A DNA stretch of 63,525 bases, counting the filler, from Choristocarpus tenellus KU-1152 (lineage: Eukaryota; Protista; Phaeophyceae), in NCBI GenBank assembly GCA_964200185.2. It is 11 parts of 11 records of this genome, joined end to end, with 100 filler letters (N's around TTAATTAATTAA, not from the genome) between each part and the next. Parts side by side here need not be neighbours in the genome. Positions count along the whole stretch, not along the records: positions 39,278 to 51,416 come from CAXNAD020001958.1; positions 51,517 to 54,256 come from CAXNAD020025159.1; positions 54,357 to 57,242 come from CAXNAD020023926.1; positions 57,343 to 60,890 come from CAXNAD020019333.1; 7 more parts are not named here. One strand, given 5' to 3'. Below the pieces are notes generated by a model, which saw nothing but the letters and a program-made list of their open reading frames with translations, made no database searches and was not told where the DNA came from. The translations under genes were made by a program, and so were the position numbers. This document shows, piece after piece, positions 46,801 to 58,699 of this stretch; position 1 is the first letter of the stretch, and every line of letters begins with the position of its first letter.

Positions 46801-48549
46801 TATGGTTATTGTTATGGTTATGACTACCTATGTTTGTATGTATGTATGTATGTATTATGTTTTATGTATATGTATGCATGTATGTATTATATTTTATGTT
46901 TTATGTATATATATATATGTATGTATGTATGTATTATGTTTTATGTATGTATGTACGTATGTACGTATTGTGTTTCGAGTGTGATGCCACGGTGCTTGCT
47001 TCATTTTTTTCTGCAGTACACAGGAGTTTGTAATACACAGATGGCTTTTGTAGTGATGACAAGATGGCCCTAATCCTAGCCCTGACCTTGATGACGATTG
47101 ATGTTGTACACCTGTGAAGTGTTAGTGTTCAGTGTTTATTGTTGAAACGCTAGTGTTAGTGTATAATATACCGTTAGAGTTAGGGTTGTGGTTAGTTTTG
47201 AACGTTTTCCCTTCCTTCTCAGAACAATTTTGCACAAAATACAGTTACCCTACACAAAAGGTAAAAGTCTTACAATGACCTTTCTGTGATGATTGTTTAA
47301 GGCTTTTAGCTTTCTCCTTCCTCTTTACTTCTGCGCTACCGCTGTCTGTACCTTCATTGGCCAACGCCTTACCTATATCAACATCTATTCAAATGGGTAA
47401 GTGCACTGCTGTTCGATGATACTACTATCGAAACCATACAAGTCCAGGTCAGGCCCTTCAGGTTGTACTTCAACTTTCTAGTCAAGATAGCCTCTCTCTA
47501 GTATGCACACTACCGAGACAGGTGCCTTAGAGTTGGCCACAGGGCCATATCACATTTGTCAGCTTTGAAAATTTCTGTATCTATCGATCCATCGATCAGT
47601 ACTTTAATTAGAGACCCAACAACAGTGAGAGTGTGTCATCTGTTGTATGTACTTAGTGCTAGGTTCCTCCTGCTATGCCAACGAAGTACTTCTAACTGAC
47701 TAATGAGGTTCTACTATCACATCTAATTTTCTTAGTGTTTTTTTGTGTATGTCCACGTACTGCTTTTACATCACTTTTTTTTTTACTGGTATATATTTTT
47801 ATTTTATGTAACGGTAGATTAAAAAAACAGTTTTGCAATGCCAGCGTTTCTAAAAAAAATAATGCCCTTTTCCTACCCTCTGCCGACTTGGAAACGGGCA
47901 GTCAGTGGATCGGTATGACAGTGTCCACTTACCATGAACGGTATAAGGAGTGTACTATATACCGTCAACAGTTTCTTTCCTTCACATGAGCTGCGGGTAC
48001 CCCAACTAAACCCTAACCCTAATTTATTCCACTCCTGTTGTTTTCTATATTCTTAATTTTTATAGGTTATATAGCTTTTTTGTCGTAGTTGGATTTATTT
48101 GTTTTGCTCTTCTGTAAGTGTGTGTGGAGTGGTTGATTCGAAGCAATTGTAGAAATATTATTATTATATTTTATTTTCTTAATTTATTTATCTTGAGTGA
48201 TAGTCGTGCCTGAGATTATTGAAAGCAACAATCACGCTTGAGCTTTTCAGTTACACCTCAGGTAGAATAACATTAGTATGGTAGTATATGCTGTGAAATA
48301 TGGGATGTATGTTTGTATATGTAGCTAAATATTCGTATATTTCTCTGTGTACATTTGAACAAAACTTGAATTGAGCGCAAGAAGAAACCTTGCAAACAAA
48401 AACACTAACAAATACATACCCCTATACAGTACCAAGTATGATAGAATACAAAACAATATAATATGGATAGGAACAGATTTATCTTGACTGCTGTTGTTGA
48501 CTTTCAAACACCGAACAGAACAGAACAGCAAAAAAAAAAGTAAAATTGT

Positions 48550-48588
<39 letters not shown>

Positions 48589-51049
48589 AAAACAAAAAAA
48601 AAAACAAAAAAAAACAAAAAAAAAAAAAAAAAAAACAAAAACAATCTTGACTGCAAACACTGCACCAAAACAACAAGAGTGGAAAATGCATACACACACA
48701 AGAATTAAAAAACAAACAAAAACGGAACAGGTCGGTCGCCGCATCGTCAGCTCCATCGCACCTTCCATCTATGGGCATCAGCATGTCAAGACTGCCATTG
48801 CTCTGAGTCTGTTTGGTGGGTGTGCAAAGGATGTGAACAGTAAACACCGAGTTAGGGGGGATATCAATGTCCTCCTCCTTGGAGACCCAGGCACTGCCAA
48901 GTCACAGGTCTACATCCATACCGCTTGAAGACGTTATAGTTGAAATGTGTGTGAATGCACGTGTGTCATCGCGTTGTGCATGTTTTGAACTACGTGCTTA
49001 CAAGAGGACTTTTTTTTTTTTGACATCGTGACGAGGAATGCCGGTGGAGCAGTGTTGAACTGTGAAAGTAACAATTCAAGACTGTGCACTTGCGAGAGAC
49101 CTTTTTTTGATTTAAAAAAAAAATGTCATTGATTATGTTTGTGTGATCGATACGCAGTAATTGTGATTTAATTACCGTAATAGTGTATGCGATGTTCTCA
49201 ATGTTTATTTTTTATTGCTTGGTAATTTTTTTGCCCGTGATAGGAGGAGGGGTACAAATAGAAACTTGATGAATTTCATGCTGATTTAATTAGTCAGCAG
49301 CATGAGGTGGTCTGACTTGACTTGTCTTGGCTTGGCTTGACCTTGATTGATTTATTCAGGAAACGATCGACAGTATTTGGGAAAACTCATAAAGTTTTTT
49401 TTTTTAAGGAGCGAAGTGGATGCATTATTCCTTTTTCTTTTATTTGTAGTAATTCCAAGTCTCTCTCTCTGTATATTCTTTTTTAGGGTTTTTTCTGATG
49501 ACGTTTTAAGACGATACTATCTTTTTTGTTTCATTTTATAATTTTTGAAACTTTTTGTTTGTTTGCAAATTTGTAAAATCAATTTGAAACACCCATCATT
49601 ATCATTGCAAGTGTTCACATAGCACAACAATCAGTATGCACTCAAATCAAACACACCCTAACCCTAGCATTGTTTGACTTGTCAAAGGAAGGTAGACCCT
49701 GCAATCACCTGTACATGTGTGTGTGTGTGTGTGTGTGTTTAGGTGTTGAAGTACTGTGAAAAGACTGCACCAAGGGCTGTCTACACCACAGGCAAGGGCG
49801 CATCTGCAGTAGGTCTAACAGCTGGTGTGCATAAAGATCCCCTCACAAAAGAGTGGACACTGGAGGGCGGTGCTCTTGTTTTGGCAGACAAGGGGATGTG
49901 TCTCATTGATGAGTTCGACAAGGCGCGTTGATTCTTTTACTATATTGTTCTCGTACTTTTATCTTTCCTTGCATGGTTCGATTGTTATATTGTTCTCGTT
50001 CTGACTTCTTAATGTACTATTTTGTTACATTCTTTCTCGTGTTTTTATCTTTCCTTGCTTGCATGGTTCGATTATTATATTATTCTCGTTCTGACTTCTT
50101 AATGTACTATTTTGTTACATTCTTTCTCGTGTTTTTATCTTTCCTTGCATGGTTCGATTAATTTATTGTTCTCATTCTGACTTTTAAAAATACTGTTGTT
50201 CTTGTGTGGTAGTTTTATTATACCGTTTTCACGTTTTAATCTTTCCTTGCATGGTTGGATTGGTTTATTATTCTTATTAAATTTTAAGATACTATTGTTC
50301 TTGTGTGGTAGTTTTATTACACTGTTTTCATATTTCGATTTTTTCTTCCGTAGTTAGAGTTATATATTATTCTCATTCTGACTTTTACAATATTGCTGTT
50401 CTTGAAAATATGTTTTTTTGTTTCGTTTACATCATGGTCTTGGTTTTTGTGTTACTATTGCTATGTGCAGTAATGATACTATGATTTTTGTGCACAATGT
50501 AGTTACCATAGTCAGAAATAAAGCCATGCATGGATGATATATGTATGTGTGAATGAGCTTGTGTATATATTGGAGGTCTCAGTTGTGGATTATTATACCC
50601 CTCTTTCATGTCATCGAGTCAAACTTCCTCTCCCTTGTTTTTTGGTAAAGTGCATGTTGGCATTTAGCACTTGGTGGAATAAACTTGCATGTTGGCACTA
50701 GCAAGATATCAATCTCCTTAAGACAATATTATTATTATTATTAATCAAAGTAGTAGTAGTAACATCTAGTTTTTTCAATCAGTTTTTTTTTGTAAGGAAG
50801 AGGGAGGGGGTTGAGATGACATATTGGAACACATTTTGAAAGTGTGAAATAATAAATAAGAAAGTGTATGAAAGTTGTAAAATGTGATGCTGCTGAAATG
50901 AAAAAGATCAATGATATATGTGTGAATACTTGTGTTATGTTGTCTCTTCACCAGATGAATGAGCAGGATCGAACTTCTATTCACGAGGCTATGGAACAGC
51001 AGAGCATCTCTGTCAGCAAGGCTGGGATAGTCACCTCACTGCAGGCCAG
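39643..51049 (+). CDS. MCM2: DNA replication licensing factor MCM2, internal 6 exons
   Basis: Exons 39643-39792, 43416-43503, 45248-45438, 48731-48907, 49743-49922 and 50955-51049. Zn finger (..RCQTVLGPF...CPSCQ), [10 protein letters not shown]|[28 protein letters not shown] (Walker A), [19 protein letters not shown]|[46 protein letters not shown] and GFPVF.T.IEAN point to MCM2. Confidence 0.95.
42155..42428. repeat. Minisatellite, ~33-39-bp unit, ~8 copies (MCM2 intron)
   Basis: Unit TTCCAAGAGAAT(N)ATTTCTCACAA(N)CAACGACCA. Confidence 0.85.
43700..44260. repeat. Minisatellite, ~42-44-bp unit, ~13 copies (MCM2 intron)
   Basis: Unit GTTACTATTATTGTTACCCCTCTTACAAGTATGTGTGATTAT. Confidence 0.92.
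44873..45223. repeat. Spaced repeat array with palindromic core GAGRTGTACCTC, 6 copies
   Basis: Cores at 44883, 44947, 45007, 45078, 45144 and 45200; consensus TAGCAATACTGAGRTGTACCTCATTTTGACAAAA. Confidence 0.8.
49930..50405. repeat. Degenerate tandem repeat, ~85-95-bp unit (start of a GC-AG intron of MCM2)
   Basis: Recurring TTTATCTTTCCTTGCATGGTTCGATT...TTCTCGTTCTGACTT. Confidence 0.8.
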
Positions 51050-51516
51050 GTTGGGTCAATACAACCTACACACTCAATTGCCGGCATCCAATATTTTATT
51101 ATTGATATTATTGTTGTTGTTGTGCTTCTGTAGTAAGCAAGACCTTTTGACTTCTACAAAACCCTCTAACTCTAGATATTGCTATATTTCGAAATCATGA
51201 AGAGATTCATGTTTCCAGTGTTTTCGCTGCTTGTACAATTATAATTTGAAGACTTAAAAAAAAAATGGATAAGGGCATGTAACATATACATGCCGTAATG
51301 ACGATAATACGATATACTGAAAAATAATAAAACATTCAAACATACCACATAATTCACTTTTTTTCTGTCTCTTCGTGTAATAAGCTCAAATGCATTTTTT
51401 TATTCCCTCCCCCCCCNNNNNNNNNNNNNNNNNNNNNNNNNNNNNNNNNNNNNNNNNNNNTTAATTAATTAANNNNNNNNNNNNNNNNNNNNNNNNNNNN
51501 NNNNNNNNNNNNNNNN

Positions 51517-51548
51517 CCCTTCCCCCCCCCCCCCAGATACTTTGAGTC
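51517..51548 (+). mobile_element. MITE family B terminus
   Basis: Poly-C then CAGATACTTTGAGTC at the contig start. Confidence 0.65.
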
Positions 51549-51699
51549 TAACCCTAACCCTAAGTAGAGTAAAAGACCACTATAAGATACAAAAATAGCA
51601 CTCTAAAAATTGTGTGCGAAACCCTTTTGTGGTGGGACGTGATGCTCTGAATAGGTGGAACACTTCCTTCTCTAACCCTAACACAGCCGTGAAGCGCAC

Positions 51700-53991
51700 C
51701 TGCTGGCAAGTGAGTCCATGGAGAGAGTCTGGGGAAGAATAGACTCCCTTCATTTCATTGAACACAACACCCTTGTATGTGAGTGGGTCGCTGATGTTCT
51801 CCAGTTCATAGTGCCATCCCTCCTGCTCCATGACCTGGGAGGATTCACATTGGGGTTAAAAATACTTAGGAATGAGTCAAGTTACTTTTTGTACATGGAA
51901 AATGGGGGGGGGGAAGGGAAGGGGATAAGGGAGTCAGAGGACATGACAAAAGAGAGCAAAAGTGATAAGTTCTTGTCAAGTAAAAGAGGGTATGACAAAC
52001 AGAGGGTACTTAGTTCCAAGGACACTTGCTGGGCCTTTCATAATCCTCTCTTTCAAGTAAGCACTATTTACACCTTACAGGGGAACAAATGAAAAAGTGG
52101 ACCAGTCCAACTGAATATTGGAGACTAAACAAAGGACATGTGGCTACGTCCAGTTTCAACCTGGAAATTTCCGAGAAACTGCTTGTGCAAGGTAGGGGGA
52201 GGTCTAGTTACTCTTTGCAACTTTCCTATCAAAAGCATTACCAATTGCTGATGGGGCTGTTTACCTAACCCTAACCCTATCTTCTACCATTAAGTACAAA
52301 AGGTTCTTCAGACCACTTCCCCATCACAGATTTTTTCTTCCCTGTGAATGATACCACCTCCGCATGGTGCCTCCGCAACGGCTTATTCATAACAGAGAAT
52401 TTGCTGCTCTACAATTTTTCGTCATACACTACACTGTGATTATTTGTCGGGACAAACGTTATGGCATTCTTGATACACCCTGAAGCCAAAGGTCAAGCAC
52501 TTATAAGTGAGTGACAAATGGGCTAAGGACATTTGTAACTGTCAAAATGTCCCTCAAATCAAACAGGGTCATAACCACAGCTTCAAAAGACAAGTAGACA
52601 CAGACATTAGCTAACCTGTGGGTCACGTACAGCTCTGGGGAAGAGAACTGCATCAAGATACACGTTGATGAGATTGTAGAAGTCCTGAGAAAAGAAACAT
52701 AACAAAAATATAGCAAAAGAGTTGAGAACATGTAGCAGAAGGGTTGAGAACATGACCACAGTGTCGGTCAGAGGAGAAGCAGTATGTGAGAAGTACCAAA
52801 CCGACTACTAGGGATAGGACCATCATCAAAATAAGCGAGACATCCTTAAGTCTACCTTTATCAACCAGGTAACACTGCCCTCACCACCCTGGATGACACG
52901 CCAACAATCATCAGGGCAAAGAAGCACTACATCCACCAGTATGCAAAGACGATTGCAGCAGCGCTAACTTCTGCTAACATTTCCAATCTCCTATTTCATA
53001 CAACATTCCGACTCACCTTGAGATTCTGAGACGCAACAGGGTAGCAGGTGCGGTCTGGATACGTGAACGCGTTCAGAAATGTCTGCAACGACCCCTTGAG
53101 AAGATCCACAAAGGGTTCCTTCAAGGGAAACTTCCGGCTACCGCACAACACAGAGTGCTCAAGGATGTGCGGCACACCAGTGCTGTCCTCTGGTGGTGTC
53201 CGGAAAGTAACGCCAAAGACCTTGAGGTCGAGGGTGCCCAACACGCGGAGAGAGACGTGATGCGACAAAGTGAGCCCAAGTGTCGAGAACATGGCATACG
53301 TGGTTAGGTGTTGGGAATGGAATAGGTCGGACTTTCAAAAATAGGTATATATATATACTACACGGAGATCCGACTATGATGACAGTGGGTTAGCTATGCG
53401 GAACGTGGGACATACGCGAAATCCATCATTTCTCGTCTATCCGTCACGTGGACCTCGAGATAACAGTGATATCTGCTGATATCAAAGTCCTCTAGCACTC
53501 AGCACCCTCTACTTCTACGCATTAGCCATTGGTTGTAGTACTGACACCCTTAGAAACAACTGTAGGTAGGAACAGGGATAGGTGACAACAGTTCAGCACC
53601 CGTTCTAAGTTCACACCTTGTTATCATCGTCAATTTGTACGCTAAGGACCTCGGCACCAGATTTCTTGTGTCGGTACAGCGTTGTTGTGGCCCCATACTC
53701 TGCCACGAAGTCCTCCTCAAGGACATCGTAAGCTGGGTGCAGTGCAGAGGACACCTTGCTAAATGATGCACCTCGCTCGTCCTGAGAGGTGCTCATGCTA
53801 GCCCATCTCGATTTTTGACGAGGAATCCTAGAAGCCCCACCACGGAAGGATAAAGCGCCGGATTTAGGTGCAACCAACCCTCCCCTGGCAGCCAAAGACC
53901 CCGCCCTACGAAGAGCAGAGGAAATCATGCCAAAGCCCTGCGTTTGCGGAGCTAGAAGCACGACAGAAAGAGCGCCAATTAGACGCATCAT
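51700..53991 (-). CDS. PREP: Presequence protease (peptidase M16C, PreP), first 4 exons
   Basis: Exons 53991-53617, 53220-53017, 52684-52616 and 51834-51700. HKKSGAEVLSV..DDDNK|VFGVTFRTPPEDSTGVPHILEHSVLCGSRKFPLKEPF (inverted HxxEH zinc motif), NAFTYPDRTCYPVASQN.K|DFYNLINVYLDAVLFP, QEGWHYEL...YKGVVFNEMKGVYSSP. Confidence 0.95.
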
Positions 53992-54369
53992 ATATAGTTA
54001 ATTATTTGTTACCCAAACAGTGCTTCCCTTGGCGGTGCAGGTTAAGAGCTTGTAGCTCTTACCTGATGAACGAGGAAGGTGAATCACAACACAACCACCT
54101 TGCATTTAACTACTGTGCTGGTCATATGCTACGGTACCGTATAGCATATCTTACAACTCGAAAGAAACGTATATAGGAGTAAAAATAGTTTTACTAGTAC
54201 TACTACATATATATTTTATATTATTATGCCCTCTGACATTTTGCAGATGTGTCAGGNNNNNNNNNNNNNNNNNNNNNNNNNNNNNNNNNNNNNNNNNNNN
54301 TTAATTAATTAANNNNNNNNNNNNNNNNNNNNNNNNNNNNNNNNNNNNNNNNNNNNGGGGGCGGGGGGG

Positions 54370-54412
<43 letters not shown>

Positions 54413-55441
54413 GGGGAGGAAGGATGAACTCTGAGAGTCAGTACTATTTCCATCACTATCACCAGCAACTCTAGAGGTTGGGTAATGAACCAAATGAGTC
54501 CCATTGGCATTTAAACATAAAAATAATATATATATATATATTATAATGCAGTGGTCCTTGGATGAGGACAAGGACTACAGCTAAAGAAAAAAGGCAAGCT
54601 AAGTCAGGAATTCAAAGGTGTCTCTACATCGTCCTTGCCCATACCAGCTGGTCCCGAAACACTACTGAACATTTCTAAAATATACTGGTACATCAAAAGT
54701 CTCATTCTTCTCACCAGAGTCTCACATATCGCATCAACTTAGAATCATTCAAAGATAAAATTGATAAAAAAAAAAACATGCCCAGGAAACATGTCCCAGT
54801 AAACACATAAATACAACTGAATAAATATACGTATATTGGAGGTGAAAATATGGGTGGGGGAGCCACTCACACACTACTTTTTTGTTTTCCTCTTGAGAAA
54901 ATCTGTTCCTCCACAAAATGAATCTAAGATTCAGGACCACTACTGTTCACAGGGTCAACCTGCAAAGCGTCTTGTAGGAACACAATCAGCCAACCTTGAC
55001 CTAACCTTTAAAGAAAACTTTGTTGATCCAGGAACAAACCTTCAAGAAAATGCTATGGCCTTGGAAACCAAACCATTAAAAAAAAATAATGCACTTCCTC
55101 TGTCAAGCAACAGTTCTAACAGTTGAAGTAGATGAGACAAAAATATTGAACTGATCCTGAACAGAGTAAGTAGGAAATCCGGCTGAAGTCTGTACCGGAC
55201 CTTGCACATTTTCTGGCTAAAACTAACTGAAATGATCCCCGTCGTCACCCACCCCACGTGAGTCACTGCTCTATTCTAACACCTCCACCTATGCAAGCAT
55301 CAGTTCCAAAACAGTTCAAAAGAAAAATATAATAAATAAATCTACAAAGGGCCAACCTTAACATTCCAAAACATCTAGGCAGAGTCCACAACCCAGATTA
55401 TCTACAAAAGGATTTTCATTTTTTCGAGGCCTAGAGAGCAC

Positions 55442-55521
55442 CTTGATGACAGTAGCCTTATACACCTTGGACTTCTGCAACTGCTGCAGCTCACGCATTG
55501 CTCTTGTCTGGAAAGGGGCAT
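55442..55521 (-). CDS. Single exon, probably of a UBX-domain protein (ASPSCR1/PUX1-like)
   Basis: CAG|..APFQTRAMRELQQLQKSKVYKATVIK|GT resembles the T.AMRE...Y....IRV segment leading into a UBX domain. Neighbouring exons were not resolved. Confidence 0.45.
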
Positions 55522-56618
55522 CTGCATAGGCAGAGAGTTGACAACAAACATCGACATCGCTGAGAAGGCTGCTGAGACACGGGAATACAACTGTTGACTG
55601 CTCATAGGTTTGTTCAAACACTGTATAAATTGGACAAAACTTGTGGTGCCTTGATCCCAACTATACTCTACACAGGCTACTACAACATAATTGAATGATC
55701 AATGCATATGTAGCAATGAACTCAATTGTAATTGCTTGAATATATATATATATAGAGAGAGATTTGAAGTATATGATAAAATTCTTAGTAATACTTCTAG
55801 TATTACATACTACTGGTGTACTTTGCATTGTAAGAAGCAATAAAATCGGTCACTCATAAAAAACAAAAAATCCAATGCTGACTACAGACTCACCATAACT
55901 TGATCAACTTGAATAAACCATAAACCATCATTACGTGCATATGGTACTCTGAGCGATCCTATCCTATTTTGAAGTACTGTGTAATAGTTCACATAAACAG
56001 TCACCCATCATTGTGATACCCTTAAGAGATACCATACCAACCAGAGTCAAATCGGTATACCAAAACATGGAAAAATAAACAGGGACCAGGGGTAGGGGAG
56101 GAGGGGCAGGGCTACGGTACCAACACCCCATCGTCACTTCAACTATGATACTTAGTAGTACAATATTGGTTTAAGGCAAAGCCCTACCCTGGCAACTTGT
56201 TGTCAAGACACACACTCTTCAGACATTGCCAACAACGAAATCAACCCAGTCGTACCCTCTCCAGTATGTTCCTCCTAACCCTAACCCTAGCAAAATTATG
56301 GAAAACACCACCGTACACCTATCAGAATATACAAGACAAGTTAAATGGCAGTAACTGATCTATGATGGCTTATAAGGACTCCATCCCAGGTTGGGGCTTA
56401 CAGCGCCATATAAGCCATCATAGATCAATTACTGCCATTGAACCTGTCTATTATTCAATTGAATTTCCAAGACCTGATCATAGGATCGATAATAGCACTA
56501 TAATTGGATTGAGGACAACACGTGATCACAGGGGCTTGCTGGAGCTTGAAGTGCACACAACCACGCAGAAACCAGCATAGTTGATGGACAGGGTCCAATA
56601 TGTTGAGGAACGACGGAG

Positions 56619-57242
56619 ATGTACCTGACACTGCCTGGGGGGGGCTTGCGTGAGACCGATTGGTCTAAGCTGCAGATTGCGCAGCATGTTCAACTTCCAC
56701 GGGTTGAGAGACTGGCAGAGAAGGAGGTGAGGGAGTTTCCGACAGCTCGACGCGGATACGAGCTGAGCATTAGGGTGCAATACTCAAAAGGAGGTATGGA
56801 AATTGCATTCATGATGTTGTCCGAGTCCTTAACCGTTGATCAGAGACGAGCACTGGTGTGGGGTGAACTCAAAAATAATTGGGCTGCAGCAACAGAGGAG
56901 CAAATCCTAAAGGCACTCAAGAAGGTGGCGAGAGTCGATGACAACTGCAGAAACTTCGACATTGGTCGAATCCAAGGGGACTTGCAGAGGTTGGGTCGGA
57001 TGGGAAATGAAGGGTCTGCCACTGATCGGGTCATGGGAGTGATTCAAGACATCGAGGGTTTATCTGGAAGATAACAATCTGGATGGTGCTTTCCGCCAGA
57101 ATGCAGGACAAGTAGTGGAGACTTGGAAGGCAGGGCCGGGGAAGGTACTCTCAGAGGCCTTTATTGAAGGGCTCAAACCCCCTGCGTTCAAGGCAGAAAT
57201 TAACAACCATGTATCATGGGACCCTGAGCTCAAAAAGGATCC
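56619..57242 (+). mobile_element. Probable LTR-retrotransposon (Gypsy-like) gag remnant
   Basis: Intronless 151-aa ORF that continues after a frameshift as LEDNNLDGAF...LSEAFIEGLKPPAFKAEINNHV. The gag-like helical pattern is the only support; no pol motifs appear before the contig end. Confidence 0.5.
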
Positions 57243-58699
57243 NNNNNNNNNNNNNNNNNNNNNNNNNNNNNNNNNNNNNNNNNNNNTTAATTAATTAANN
57301 NNNNNNNNNNNNNNNNNNNNNNNNNNNNNNNNNNNNNNNNNNCTCGGTGTATTTGAAGGCATCTTGCAGAGGTTTCCCGCGGCACAAGGCATGGCTTCCA
57401 CTTTCTTCCCCTACCAGCAACGTACTGTACTGCTGTGTGGTCATGACTCAGGAAGAAAGGGTCGCGAGAATTTATTACGCGCGCGCCAAACTCACGTGAA
57501 TATCTCCCCGATTCTGTACCTAATCGCCCGAATACGAAAATTCCGGTACAAAAACCTTTTTTATTATGTCGAAAAAAGCGGTACAAAAATGGGGTTGGTA
57601 TATAATATTTGGTATAAAATAGGTGTAGGTACTGTAATATATTTCTGAAATACATATACTAAAATAGAAAATAAAATGCAAAACCCATAATTACAAAGCA
57701 AAGCACAATAGCAATTTGGTTAACACTCTCCTGCAAAGGAACAATGTACAGGATGCAATGAGTGATAAGCTCTATATCTAACTCAGTTGCACCCTGCCAC
57801 TCCAGGTTCTAAAACAAAACAGCACGTACTAAACAGCTCGCCCTACTATGATGCCAGACTAGCTAACAAAATCAATATCCCCTACCAACCCTTTGAACGT
57901 AAAAATGAAAAACACACAGGGAAAAGACACATTTACTGAAAGGTTGTGGCAAGCTCAAGGCAAGCACACAACACGTAAACGACATATGCACAACCGGGGT
58001 CCATCTACCCCTTGAGAAATAGACAATGATTTCACTCAAAATATTACTCTCCAAAATTCGGCAGTGCACATTGCATACCTACTTGTCCTATTTACACCCT
58101 ACTCCTAAGACTGACGCCAATGTTCCCCTCTGATTGAGAAGCTCCAAGGTATACCTATTCGATGGAATGGCAGGGGAGAGAATGATGCTTGTAAGTAGGG
58201 GCAGGGGAACCCAAGTTGACACCAAAACGATCGACAGCATATACAGCAGTTCACAAAGGGTCGGCAAGACGTGATGCATGAATATGGCAAGCGGTGGAAT
58301 TGATGGTGTCCATTTGCACTTCATTTGGTTCATCTATTCGAGTTATCTCAACAAAAAAATACCAAACAAACATGCGGCTGATTTGTCTATGCCTCAACGT
58401 GTGAAACTTCTCACAACAACCTGTTGCTGCCTTACAGAGCTACCTACATATCTATGGGTGTCATCTTCAGTAAGGTGCAACTTTTCATCTACAAGATATG
58501 CAGTCAGTAGTGTACTTTGACACTAAATGTTTTTTCCTTCCTCTACGGAGCCCACAGCAGTGTATCAGCTCCCAGTAATGTACAGGCAAGCAGTTAGAAC
58601 AGCAGGGTATGAATTCTACCATAACATGGCATGGATAATGTTGGATCTACGTTACTTGCAAGTGGGAGAACCAATATCACACACCACCTTCTCCGCACC

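Noticed and set aside
48325-48847. Phe/Cys/Val-rich minus-strand ORFs, and poly-Pro ORFs at 15.1 and 54.3 kb
   Set aside because: Translations of simple repeats and homopolymer runs.
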